NCBI RefSeq assembly: GCF_000315625.1 | Contig: NW_005434630.1 | Span: 62,001-126,000 of the forward strand | DNA length: 64,000 bases | Direction: 5' to 3' | DNA from: Guillardia theta CCMP2712 | Taxonomy: Eukaryota > Protista > Cryptophyta | In this document: positions 47,986 through 64,000 of the stretch, piece after piece | Numbering within the stretch: the first letter of the stretch is position 1 | Layout of the letters: every line of letters starts with the position of its first letter | Position numbers and translations under genes: made by a program | Notes under the pieces: generated by a model | The model's input: the letters and a program-made list of their open reading frames with translations, nothing else | The model's database searches: none | Told to the model about the DNA's origin: nothing

Positions 47986-48167
47986 CACGACACTGTCTCT
48001 GGACTTTAGATCGATAGTTTCTTGAAACTTTATGTACAACACATGACTCGACATTCACCGAAGTATTAAAACTGTGATGCAGACGACAACATTTGATCTT
48101 TACAAGTACGGAAACAATAATTTGATCTAAGACCGAGACTCGAGGAATCCACATGTCATCATCCTGA

Positions 48168-49573
48168 TCAAGTTCTCAACGGCACAGGGATTGCCGTCTC
48201 TTTTTTGTTCTGGGATCGCAGGAGTTCTTCGAACATGTTCTGCGCAGACCGTCAGTCCCGTCTCGAATGTGACGAGGCACAGGAAGTATCCTCACCTTTC
48301 GCTTCTCAGCTGCGATAATCCGGCCGTCTTCCGACAGCACACGGACGGTCGACGCCGCCTCTGGGCTCTCCAGGTCCGTCAAGATCTCCAAGCACTCGAC
48401 ACGTCCCATTATCTTGTCGTTGAGATCTGTTGGAAGGGATAAGAAAAAGCGAGCATGTGAAGGGAGGGAAGACAGGGAGCAGGAGGAGGAGTGAGGAGGG
48501 GAAGGAGGGAGGAGAAAGGAGGAAAACACTTACTCGTATCGATTCGCCAGACTTCCTTTTCCTTTTCAGTCCCTACCCCTGATATCCCATACTTCTGCGG
48601 GGTATGACCTACTATCATGCGCTTCGCGTCCATGGACTCTAGCATCCCATCCAGAGTTTCTAGCGCCGCCTCTGGTACGATGGGCATCCCGTAGACACGC
48701 TCCCACAAGGGAGAGACGGTCCTTCCTCCCTTGGGAACAGGATCGAGGAGCCAAGGCTTCACGTCTGCGTCCTTCCGGAGCCAGTCGGCAACCTCCTGGT
48801 TGAGCTTGTCGATGCCGTGCGAGATCGTCTCCCTGGTGAGGCCTCCGTGCACGAACACGTTGTCGCCTATCTGCACGACCACTGGCATCGTCGACATGAG
48901 CATCGCAAGCTTCCCCTTGCCCCTCTGCATGAGCTGGGCCCTCTTGCCCTTGAGCACAGTCTGCAATTTCTCCGCCATGTTGAACTTGTCGTGCCAAGAG
49001 TCGAACGAGTAGATGTCGGGAGCGTAGCTGAAGTCTAGATCGGCGTTCATGATCTCATGGTTGCCCAGCAGGGTGATCACATCCCCTCCTGCGTCCTTGG
49101 CCTGCACCTTGAGGTCTCTCAGCATCTCGATGCTTCGAGACTCGTCCGACCCTCTGTCAAGGAAGTCTCCCATCTGGACCACCACTGTGTCTCCGCCAGT
49201 CCACCTTCCCTCCTCGTCCGCGCATCCAGAAATCCTGCACATCAGTCAGTTAGGTGCAGCACAGGCACAGGACAAAGCATCCTCACTTGAGCGCATGATG
49301 GAGCTCGTTGAATCCCCCGTGAACATCGCCGATGGCAATGATCCTTGCAGCAGCATCAAGCTTGTACTTGTGCGAGGACGTATCCCTTCTCAACGAGGGA
49401 GTGCTGATTACATGGTCATCGGCAGCCCCGCTGGTCAAGTGCATCCTAGGCATCAGTCTGCATGAGCGGACTGCTGAAGAGCTCGACCCAGACCTGAACC
49501 TGAACGCACGATAGGACAGACTTGGGTCGAAGCCCACCAAGAAAAGCATGAAAAAGTTTCTGAAAAGCTTCAT
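48168..49573 (-). CDS. Shewanella-like (SLP/Shelph) PPP-family metallophosphatase, probably plastid-targeted
   Basis: GDVHG, VVQMGDFLDRG, LLGNHE, VFVHGG, MIVGHTPQ and WRIDT. The leader is hydrophobic and then Ser/Arg-rich (…SYRAFRFRSGSSSSAVRS). Confidence 0.88.
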
Positions 49574-49959
49574 GGTAGCTCCGCTTGTTGGTTGAGAGCG
49601 AAGCGCGAAGGGAGTGAGAGAGAGGGAGAGAGAGGGGGAGAGAGAGTCAGGAAGTTGTAGTTTTGTCTAAAGGGCCGGTAATAGTACTCGAATATGCAAG
49701 TGGGAGAGGCTTCAAGCGCTTCAATCTCTTGCCTCAATCTTCGAAAGGTTTGCACGAGAAAGGATGATTGTTGTGAGAAAGGCCGATTTCAACGAGTTGA
49801 GAACAGAGTGACTATCGAAGAGGAGATTGAGATCTGTGTAAGAGGGAGGAGAAGGAAATAGGAGGAGCGGGAGGAGCGGGAGGAATAGGAGCAAGAGGTC
49901 AGGAACGCTGTCGTAGAGTCGGGGGAATCGAGATCTCAGTTAGAAAAAGGGGTTTCGTC

Positions 49960-51090
49960 AAGGGTTTCCCTTTCTCTTGGCAAGAGGGTGGTCATTCGGT
50001 TATGACAGGGTGGGTGGTGGTGCATAGGCAATGGACAGAAGGGGAGGGGTACTCATTTGGACGCATATGTGGGTGAGGAGAAAGATGGGGTGGGTCCTGT
50101 TCGAAGGAAATTTTGCTGAGGAAAAGACGGGTAGGTTGATCGTATCAGGGGGGGTTATGGAAGGGGAAGGCAATTAATAACGATTGATGGGGGTGGGGGT
50201 ACTAATTCTGTGAACCTGGGGGTAGGGGTGAAGCAAGCGATCTTGTGGGAACGTAAGAGCTGAATGATTAAGATTCGAAACGATGCAAAACTAAGTCTTC
50301 TTGTATCACAAACTCCCCGAAGTCATATCCCACCCCCCTGGATTGGATGACTTCTTGGGATGAGCACCCGGTAGACTTGGAAGCAATCGCTGACTCCTTG
50401 CTGACCTGATTGACAAGATCACGGACCAAGTACCCACCCCCGAATTGATCTCTGCAGTTACCCTGGCATCATCACTGAAGGTCTAGTACTGAGACTAGAA
50501 AGCACGGGTAGTAGGCCATAGTTGTAGGACCTCAGTATGACAGGCTCTACACCCTAACAAGAGATCTTTACCACAGCTCTCTATAAAAGATGCGGCTGCT
50601 CACAATCCTTTAAAACAGTAATATCTCAAACGCTTTGTTCTTGTGATCTGTGTTGTAAAGCTATGGTGCTAACTAGCTGTCTTGGCCTCCAATTAACACA
50701 CCCCACCCAAGGCTTTCTCAGTTTTACCCCCATTTTTGTCCGATCAATTGTACGGTCAGCCGCTCAGCTACCGTACCGGGGCCCGGGCCCCGGGGTAAGT
50801 AGTGCCAGGGGGGTGAAAAAAATTGAAGGTCATCCGTGTCAGATGGCTGACCTGAGCCCTCCGGCGTTCCGGGCCGAACCGTCTGCCTAAGTCATCGGAC
50901 ACTGCAGTCACCACGGTGCTCCGTGGCCCTGGCCCAGTGGTGAAAGGGTGAAACCGTCCTGAGTTTATAAGTTCTGGCAACGGTGACAGTCACTGTCGCA
51001 GACCGGAGTCAGCACGGTGGCCGCGGCCCGGCGCCGGGCCGGGCCGGCCCGCCCAACTTCCGTTGAACCGGCCGGGCCCACGGTGACTCC
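49960..51090. promoter_or_regulatory. Non-coding GGGT/ACCC-rich tract plus GC palindrome islands between divergent genes
   Basis: G-rich words at 49980-50230 and C-rich words at 50310-50730. Perfect 18-bp palindromes at 50776-50793 and 51024-51041. Confidence 0.45.
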
Positions 51091-51105
51091 ACTTTGAGTT
51101 AAAGG

Positions 51106-52676
51106 ATGGTCGGCCGGTTCAGTTCATGCCCTCGCGCATCCGTTGTTAGCTCCTGCTGGCAGGAGAGTAGATGGGACTGTTGTCTGGACAAGCCCAGAGG
51201 AAGGTATCCTCTCAGATGGCTTGGAGAAGAGGAGAAGGACCCTGATCGCTGCGATATCCTTGACAGTACCTGAACTTGCAACCTGTTGCTCCTTGGGTCA
51301 TGATGCAAGGAAGGAACGAAATATTGGATGAGAGTTCCGTTGGAGAGAAAATATTCCATTCCATGATATCTTTGGAAAGTTTCAGACCTAGTAAGGAAAA
51401 AAAGGCTGAAGAGCATGTCTGCGAGTTTGAGACTTTTCAGATGAAGAGAAAGTGGTTCAGGCAACTCCAAGTTGTAAACAGCAAGCATTCTGTTTTTGTG
51501 CAATCGTCACAACGGGACAAGGGTCTCATGGAAATAGACGGGATTTTACATAAAGATGTATGTTTGCCAAGTTCAGAAACGAAAAGATTCTACGAAAATT
51601 TTCGCCGGAAATCAAGAATTGTGAAACGAAAATGTTGTCTTCCAATCGATAAATAACATGTTTTCTCTAGGGCCTTGGCCCAATGTTCTTGCTCCCTGGT
51701 CGGCCAAATCATCAGTGGTGAGCATGCTTGATGTTCAAGTGATGCTGTGGTGAAGTGAGACAGTATGTGATGAATGCTGTGTTTTTTGACTTCAGGGAGA
51801 TCGATTCGGAGGAGCAGGTTCTGTTTGAGAAGAAGATGACCGAAGAAGGTTGAGAGGGAGCGATGTTGTTTTCTTCTTTAATCCTGATTTTCTTTCCCAG
51901 CGCGCCAAGAAGTCGAACGTGATCTTTGCAACCGAGACTCGTTCTCACATGCGCACGATACTGCTCTTCTAGAACAGGTCTATCCTTCCAGATTGGAGAT
52001 CATTGAAATTTCAGCTCGCCATCTCCCCAAGCTCGATCTCTATGGAAAGTGCGACCCATACTGCAGGATAACATTCTGTTCGCAGACAAAGATAACTAGC
52101 ATACAGAAGACTACCTACTGTCCTGACTGGGACGAGGTCCTGACCTTCAAGTTGCCAGCTTTCCAGGAGATTACCCCGATGAAGATAGAGCTGTTCGATC
52201 ATGATTTTGATAGCGGGCCGGATTATGTAGGGCAAGCGATCTTATCGAAAGAGGACATTCAAGATGTTATTGGAGACTTCAACCCCAACAAGACCTGGAC
52301 GACCATGAAAGCCTTCAAGCTGTGCAGTGCTGATCATCAGCCCACAATTGGCGCTGACCAGCTCCGGTCGACATTGAAGATCTTGTACATTTCTGCTCGC
52401 TCTCAACCCCTCTCTCACCTTGTTCTCTAGCTTCAGGTTAAGCACTGAACCCAGCAAGAGTGGAGCTCCGAGCCCGACTGGAGAAAAGTCACGAGCATCA
52501 TCGTCAGGTTCAGCTTGGGACTTGCTCAGAAAGACAGGTTCTTCCTGCAAGGTACCTCCTCCTGCCAAGTTTGTCTGCGCACAGTTTGCCACTTGGCTGA
52601 TGGTGTAGTAGGGGAAATCAATCGCACGTTTCTTAAAGAAATCTGGATCGATCAAGCCTGGTGATGATGATCAATA
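51106..52676 (+). CDS. C2-domain protein, multi-exon (C2 exon about 51978-52380; gene limits approximate)
   Basis: ISARHLPKLDLYGKCDPYCRI...TTYCPDWDE...IELFDHDFDSGPDYVG, with the Ca-binding Asp residues retained. Confidence 0.75.
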
Positions 52677-52679
52677 ATC

Positions 52680-53050
52680 GCCGGGACTCAGGCAGTGCCA
52701 TGATGCCCAGCGGCTGGTCCCTCGTATAGTAAACAAGTTTCGCGATCACTGAGTCATGATGCCACCGGACCGTACATCGGCGCCACCCGTGACACGGCCC
52801 CGGCGGGCTCTGACTCCGTCCGTCCCGGAGTCCGATCAGCCCCTCCGTCCTGCATAGTCAGTATCCGAACGTGACTTGAAACCCGCCGGGCCCGGGCCAA
52901 CGGTGGTCGGTCAGTCCGAGGCACCGTGGGCCGGATTCCCGGCTCGCCGAGTCACGGCGCCGGCTCGGACAGGCTCGGACTCGGAGGCTTCGGCCCGGGG
53001 CCCGGGGCTCAGCCGTCGATTATCGGCCGTCCGGCGGACGGTGCACTGAG
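52680..53050. promoter_or_regulatory. GC palindrome island upstream of the beta-galactosidase gene
   Basis: CCGGGCCCGG at 52886-52895, GGCCCGGGGCCCGGGG at about 52992, ACCGTAC at 52769, and GTCACGG/CCGTGAC words. Confidence 0.4.
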
Positions 53051-53506
53051 CTAGGGAGGAAGGAGCAGGGGAACGGAACAGAGCAGGGGAAGACATGGAG
53101 GAAGTAGATGAGTTGAGGGATATTGAGGCAGGAAGGGAAAGGGGCCTGAGAATGAGAACCGTGGCAGAGGGCATGTTTCAGCTGGAAAGGATGGAAGATC
53201 GCATCCAGTTTCATACTATTCCTCAACGAGCAGGCAGAAGGTTCCAAGGATAGCGGCAGCTGTAAACTTACGAGATATGGGACATGTTACTTGGAATGGC
53301 AGAGGCGAAGGAGGGAGGTATAGGACAGGTGATGGCAAGGAAGGGCGGAAGGGAGCAAGGGAGAGGGGGATGAAGGGAGGAGGGGAGAGGGGGATGAAGG
53401 GAGGTGGGGAGGTGGGGGGGATGGAAGTTGAGAGGTAAGATGGTCAGGGAAGGATAGGAGATGATTATTTCCTCTGACAATCTCTGTACTGATTGCTCGC
53501 AAGGGC

Positions 53507-57735
<4,229 letters not shown>

Positions 57736-57793
57736 AGAGCTTCCGAGTGGAGAGGGAGGAGGAGGGGGGGAGGAGATACATCCGAAGGAGGGT

Positions 57794-59259
57794 TTACTCA
57801 GGGATGAGGTAGGGAAGGAACGCGTTGTGCTCGAATGGATTCTCGTGGCCTACTCCGTATAGCTCGCGGTCCCTGTACTCCTCGCTCTTCTTTGGATGAA
57901 GAATGGAATTCTGCACAAAAATGAAGCTCAGTATTTCGTATGTTCCTGTTCGTCTCCATCCATCCTTCGCAACCTTCTCCTTCTCCTTCTCCTTCTCCCC
58001 TCCTCTCCCTCTTCTTTCTCTTCTTTGCCCCTCCCTCCCTCCTCGCCATCTTTTCCTCTCACAGCTCCTCGCCTCCTCCTCATGTACCATCTCCGACTCA
58101 AACTCTAGGCGCCTCCTTTGCAGCATCGTCGTAAACCTGATCGCATCCTTGACCCTGCGGTTTTGTGCGAAGAAGGCGAAGTCGAGGGCCGTCTGCAAAA
58201 GAGGAAATGAGATTCTAGACCAAGGAGCCTCACGCATTCGACAATCACCAGGTTGAACCCGTTCACACTGTTGTGATCGGCATCGAGCGACAACAGCACC
58301 TGTTATCATCAGCAGCACTGTCAATTCTCGCTTCTCCTCCTCCTCAACTCCTAAACCCTCGACCATCTTTTCCTCTCACGTCCTCATCATCATCACACTG
58401 CATCTCTCATTCGTCACAAGCAATCTCATCTCGATGAAACAAAAGCTCGGCTACCTCAGCAGCACCACTGTGATTGCGCTCTATCGCAAAGTCAAGTCCA
58501 GAGAAGTTGAAGTACGTTTCATCCCTTGCATTGATGTTGGCCCTCTCTGCCAGACTGCACACACAAACGTCAAATCGCTCTCGCCCCTCCTCCTTGCTCG
58601 CTTCCTTCTCACCTGTAGATCTCCTCATCCGCTGCTCCTGTCTGGCAGGCATGCCAGAAGCGATGCTGGGGTGACCGCTCGGGGTCGTGCAAGGGGCTCA
58701 AGACCTTTCTTGCTTCCATGTATTCTCTGATGCTCTTATGTGTACCCAAGAAAGATCGCAGCTCAGGTGAGTAGGGGATTTCTTTCTTCTCGCACTCGGA
58801 GAACACGCGCACATAGTGAGGGTTGAGAGGTTTCCCAAGGTGATAGGCTTTCAGTCGTTTCTTCTCCATGAACTTGGGAAAGAACATCTCATAGAAGATG
58901 TAGTTGAACCGATCTTGGTTTGTGTACTTGAGATCCTTCATCAGCCGCTCTTGGCATTCCTCTAGACTCTCTCCCTTCCTCAGCCGCCAGTCCAGCTCCG
59001 GCCTGGGCTCATCCTCGTCGTGCTCGATGCCTTGCCTGATATAATCCGGGGCCTCGTACATGAGCTCACAGAAGCGATTCACTTCGTCATCCCCCATGTC
59101 TGTTGCTGCCATGCCAAAGGGATCCTGATACAAGTCCGGGATGACCCGGAAGGTTTCACGAGGGCGGCTCAACACCGGAGCAAGCACGCTGCTTGTGTCT
59201 ACTGTTGTGACAGCCCATGCTGCAATCACTATGGCAGCGAACAGTCGGGGGAAATGCAT
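57794..59259 (-). CDS. Signal-peptide-bearing protein with C-terminal ankyrin repeats, multi-exon
   Basis: Leader MHFPRLFAAIVIAAWAVTT, then RFWHACQTG...ANINARD...SGLDFAIERNH and TALDFAF. Confidence 0.65.
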
Positions 59260-60119
59260 AAGGTCAAGAACAAGAGTGAAATTTTATGTTGCGCAACCCA
59301 AAGTGTAGGAGGGAGAAGAGAACAGGAAGGTCGCGATGAGAAAAGGGTACTTGAGGAGGAGATAGGGCTGAAGGGAGGGAAGCAGGCTCAACGGAGAAGA
59401 GCAAGGAGGAGGACAAGGAGGAGGATCAGCCGTGCAGGAGGAGGGAGAGGAGGAGGGAGAGGAGGAGTAGAGTTAGAGGACGGGCAGCGAGCTTTGACCC
59501 ACTCAGTCCATTGGCGGCTCCAGCCGCATCGTTGCCGAGAACTTTAAAACTTTAGCAAGATTGAACCCCTTGAAACTTTGCAAAATTTGATACAATCCGA
59601 AGTTTGTCAACCGAACAGCAAGACAGAGTGTACCCCGCAAACTTTCTTCATCAAAGGAGGGTGGGGTGGTGTATTATTGTCTTTTTCACCCCTTCCTCAT
59701 ACTTCAAGAATATATTAAATAGTGGGTAGGGTTTCCATGTAGGGGGTGGGGGTAGGGAGCAAAGTTAGTCGCTTGCGTGGTTTTGGTGCCGGTTTTTGCT
59801 GCCTCCTTCGTTTCCTAGTATTTTATTGAGGCGGGTTTGTAGGCTTTATCCTCCCCCTCCTTTGTTTGCTCCGGTTTGCCCTTCTTTTTCAGTCAATAAA
59901 CTAGAATTTTACATCGGTTGACCAACTAGCCATGATACGTGATGAACGAAAGTAGAACCGAGACGAGCGTTGAACAAGGTTGCTGATACAAACAGCAACA
60001 GTCTGTTGAGATATCTGCACATCTCTCCTGCTCATCTCATCGCCAAGATATCTCAATATAACCTTGGTTCAGAAGGTTGTACGACAGGGGCTGGGCTGTA
60101 GACTGGTGCAGATCTAAAG

Positions 60120-61468
60120 ATGTTTGGAATGAACAATGGCATCTATCACACTGACAAGCATTGGAACTCCGTCTATCAGTATGTCTTTGGAGGATTTGTA
60201 TTGTTCTTTCTGGGCTTCCTCGCGAAAGTTGGCAAAGATCTCGGCAAATTGATATCCGAGAATATCTACGAACGGTTGACGTACACGGCTGAGTTCACCA
60301 GTGAAGACGAATCGTTTCGATGGATCTCCGCATGGATCTCGACAAACCCATGCTTTGCGCAAGCACGTGAAATATCCATCTTCTCCTCTTTCCGTTGTCT
60401 TGGTCCGCTGAACAGAGGGTTGGATTCGGAACCTGGCAAATACGTTTACCTGCCCCTTGACTGGGTAGCGCTGAGGCACAGAGGATACTGGATCCTGGTG
60501 CTACGGAACAAGCGCATCTCAACGCAGAAGAACATCTCCTCCAAGCACGAGATCTTGAGGCTGCAGATCCTTGGAGGGTCCAAGTCCTTTCTGTTGTCAG
60601 TGCTCAATGAAGCGAAAAGCGCGTACGAAGCTGCGGAGGTCAGCAGGACCAACATCTACATGGCTGACAGCGACATGGAGTGGAACAAGATCGCGTCGAG
60701 GATGGCTCGCTCGCTCAGCTCTGTTCTCATGTGGCCAGCTGACAGAGCCGATGGGATCGTGCAGGACTGCTCAAGGTTCCTCGATTCTGAGATCTGGTAC
60801 GCTTCCAAAGGAATCCCTTGGCGACGCGGGTACCTGCTGTACGGGCCTCCAGGAACAGGCAAGACGAGTCTTGTGTGCGCTATCGCTGGTGATCTTGCTG
60901 CCTCTTGCTCTTCGACTCCTCCTCACGCGTGTTGGCAGGCGAGCTGAAACTTCCCATCTACATAGTCACCCTCTCCAACCCCAAGTTGACTGACGACTCC
61001 TTTGCCGACCTGCTCAACCGCTCGGCCACCAGGAGCATCCTCCTCCTGGAGGACGTTGATGCTGCGTTCCAGCAGAGGAGCGGTCAAGAGGTGTCGGGAT
61101 CTCTTACCTTCTCCGGCCTCCTCAATGGCCTCGATGGCGTCGCGTCGCAGGAGGGCCGCCTGCTGTTCATGACGACGAACCACCGGGAGAAGCTTGACCC
61201 TGCGCTTGTTCGTCCAGGGCGTGTGGATGTGGAGCTCGAGTTCTTTTGCTGCATGAAGGAGCAAGTCCGCAAGTATGTTGAGAACTTCTTCAACAACATC
61301 ACGGGAGACGAAGTTGAGGAGTTCTGTGATGCGGTGCCCCCAAACACGGTTACAGTCGCTGAGCTGCAAGCTTGCCTCTTACTGCACAGAGACAACAAAT
61401 ACGAAGCTCTCTCTGCAGTGAAGAAGGTTGTGCAACAAAAGCTGCAGCTAGGTGAAACTTCATTTTAA
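60120..61468 (+). CDS. BCS1: BCS1-like mitochondrial AAA ATPase (intron about 60889-60938; may start slightly upstream)
   Basis: N-terminal TM helix, DESFRWI, GIPWRRGYLLYGPPGTGKTS, ILLLEDVDA, LTFSGLLNGLDGVAS and MTTNHREKLDPALVRPGRVD. Confidence 0.9.
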
Positions 61469-61920
61469 TATTGTACAGACATTTGTAACTATATGAATCA
61501 TGACAAAAGTAGAGGAATCGCTCGAACTGCCGTCTTGAACACTTGATAAGCTCTGCGAGCCCATCTTTCTTCTCCCTCCTCCCTCTCCTTCTCCCACATC
61601 GCTCTCCTTCTCCCTCCTCCCTCTCCCTCTCCCTCCTCCTTCGCTCCTCTGCTCCTTACCTTCGCTTCCCGACTGAAATCCTAACCCGCCCCCATCTCTT
61701 TCGAACTGTGGGACCCAATGGCCCTTGAAGGGGTGGGTGGTGAATTTGGTAGGGGAAAAGGGGTACATTTCATTATAAAGTAGAGTATAATTGAGTGGGT
61801 GGGTAGCTATTTGTTAGGGTGGGGTAACACGCATGTGCAGAATTACTGCACTAGGGGGACTGAGGAGAAGAGAGAACAGAAGGCAAGAAGGAAAGAAGGA
61901 AAGGTAGAGAGCAGAATGAG

Positions 61921-61995
61921 CGGGGAGAGAGGGAGAGAGGGAGAGAGAGGGAGAGAGGGAGAGAGAGGGAGAGAGGGAGAGAGAGGGAGAGAGGA
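61921..61995. repeat. Polypurine 18-bp unit repeat (GAGAGAGGGAGAGAGGGA)n
   Basis: Directly visible, about 4 copies. Confidence 0.85.
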
Positions 61996-62107
61996 AGGGG
62001 GCTCAGTGATGAAGAACCGGAACGATGGCACTGAAAGAGTGTCGAAGGAAATTGGATCAAAGTTGACAACAAGATCGTGAGAGAGGAGGAAGAAGAGGGG
62101 GAGCAAA

Positions 62108-62282
62108 ATGGATGCTCTGCAAGCCCTGAAGGATAAACGGACAATCATCAAGCAGGAATCTGTCGGCTCAGATGACGACTGGACGCCGGTTAAAGTTGAG
62201 AGGGGATCTAGCGAGCAATATGATGATGAAGGTAGTGAAGATGACAACGAGGAGGACGAGGACGAGGTCGAGGTCGAGGAGA

Positions 62283-62323
<41 letters not shown>

Positions 62324-64000
62324 AAAGCTCTAGATGGGTTCGCTTCCTTTGGCGTATCCTACAAGAGAGCACGCGTCTCTTCAGCGGGGAAGGCTCCTCC
62401 TATCCGCTTGCCAGTGGTGAGGGTGGAGGGCAGGCAGAGCAGGTATTCGCGGCTCAAGGGGGAGCTGCTGCATGTGCATCAGGCGATAGGAGGGATGATG
62501 TGCGAGGACTGCGGGACGACATGCAGTAAGCGCTGGAAGTTCGTCGTGCTCAACGGGGGGGACACACCCTCTCCTCTCTGTGCAGCCTGTGCTCTGACGC
62601 ACGAGAGGCTGAACAGGGGGAGGAATCCTAGGGCCATAGCGGCTGCGTACAGGAAGAGGAGAGAGCAACTGGTAGAGTCTCGACATTCTTCCTGGGGAAA
62701 CCTCGACCTCCTTAAGGCCGACCCTCGACTCATCAGCATCCTCCACCCCCTCAGCCGCGCTCCAGTCCACATGGTGTGCACACCGCTGCCGTTAGAGCTT
62801 GCCGTGTGCATGTCCACATGCTGGGAGGGGAGCAAGAAGCAGGAGAGGAGCAGAGAGCTGTCGAGAGGCGGGATAGGCCTGTGTATCATGGACTCTCAGG
62901 ACCCGGAGACGATAAACCTCCAGCTCCGGAACCTCTGCCTCCTCCTCCGACACGACCTCCTGACCCGTGACTGGGTCGCGGCTAGCGAGAGTCTCCTGGC
63001 ACTGCTGCTGGAGAAGCGAACGGTCCCCGACGTTGTGTTCAAGGCAGGAGCACAGCTGCTGCGAAGCTCGAAGATGCGAGGAGCGCAGCGGGACAGGCAG
63101 CGCTTTCTCCGCTCGCTGGTGGACCAGGCGACGTTCCCTAGAGCCATGCAGATCCACCTGGAGACTGTGCGGTTCCTAATCGAGAGCGGGCAGCTGGCAG
63201 ATGCGAGGAGAGAGCTGGAAGAGAAGCTGGGAAGTGGGCGACCGTACTCGGAGGACAGCCGCTATCATGCCCTCCTCGGGATCACTTCCATCCTGATCCT
63301 ATCGCACTGCAAGGAGACGATGGAGGAGGAGAGCAGCGGGCCGTCGTCGAGCGATGAGAGGATGAAGAGTTCGGTGTACGAGCTGCCTTGGTCGCCATCT
63401 CAGATTCAGAGGAGGAGGATGAGGAGGAAGGAGGAGGAGGGCGACTCTCTGAACGCCTCGGGGCTCTCCATGTTCATGGGGAGGAGCGACATGAGTTTCA
63501 GCAAGGGAGCGTGCGAGCAAGTCAAGTTGATCACGGAGGGAGTTCTCAAAAAGGTGGTTCCCTCCTGCCCGTGGGAGCTTGAAGAGTGTGTGCGCGTCGG
63601 GCTGGGGGACGAGGGGAGGAGGATGAGGGAGGACGAGCTGTACAGGGAGGCGAAGAAGGAGTTGCAGCGGAGCCTGGCCATATCTCGATCGGAGGCCATC
63701 TCCTCCCTCCTCGTCCTACTCCTCTGTCGTGGAGGAGAGCTGGAGGAGGCAGTGGAAGAGCTCAGCTTGCATCATGCGGCCGATCCGAAGAGCGTCAACG
63801 CCACAAGGAGGATGGCGACGCTGCTGATGATCCTTGGGGAGGACGAGGAAGACTTCCTCTCGCAGGCCTTCACGCAGCCCTCGGGTGCTTCCGCAGGCAG
63901 GAGGGTGGACCCCTCCTCCTTCCCCTTGCATAGGCGGCTTGAGCTCGTTCTTAGCTGGCTCGCGCTTGACCCATGCTCGCGTCCTGCCCTTGGATTCCTG
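62108..64000 (+). CDS. Putative RRN11/TAF1A-like Pol I initiation factor with acidic N-terminus and GATA-like zinc finger; runs off the right edge
   Basis: The frame appears open from ATG 62108. It contains a (DE)n tract, CEDC-x22-CAAC at 62501-62590, LRNLCLLLRHDLLTRDWVAASESLLALL...PDVVFKAGAQLL, and LEEKL...PYSEDSRYHALLG. The family assignment comes from remembered motif resemblance only. Confidence 0.5.

Noticed and set aside
61921-61995. GA-rich repeat as a telomere or nucleomorph-telomere remnant
   Set aside because: It is short and internal, and similar polypurine tracts occur in introns and gene flanks throughout the window (e.g. 54121-54183).

Overview
This is eukaryotic, gene-dense nuclear DNA with many short (about 44-55 nt) introns, mostly GT-AG. 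Gene content and bipartite N-terminal presequences suggest an alga with a complex red plastid. It looks cryptophyte-like, resembling Guillardia theta, but this is an inference and was not verified. About 18 protein-coding genes are supported: a MATH-domain protein (partial), an Sfi1-like repeat protein, four ankyrin proteins, a trypsin-fold protease with Cys in place of the catalytic Ser, CBP20/NCBP2, a giant Cys-rich type-I membrane protein (about 24 kb, about 8000 aa), DONSON, Rab11, a Shewanella-like phosphatase, a C2 protein, a GH2 beta-galactosidase, a BCS1-like AAA ATPase, and an RRN11/TAF1A-like protein (partial). No rRNA, tRNA, CRISPR array or transposase was recognised. The most notable observations are: (1) a 2734-bp near-identical duplication in the giant gene with swapped divergent cassettes and a 44-nt segment that can be read in two frames; (2) signal peptide plus ubiquitin-tail-like LxLRGG motifs on ankyrin proteins; (3) a cellular 3C-like GMCGGP protease; (4) recurring non-coding islands of GC palindromes next to GGGT(A/G)-rich tracts between genes.
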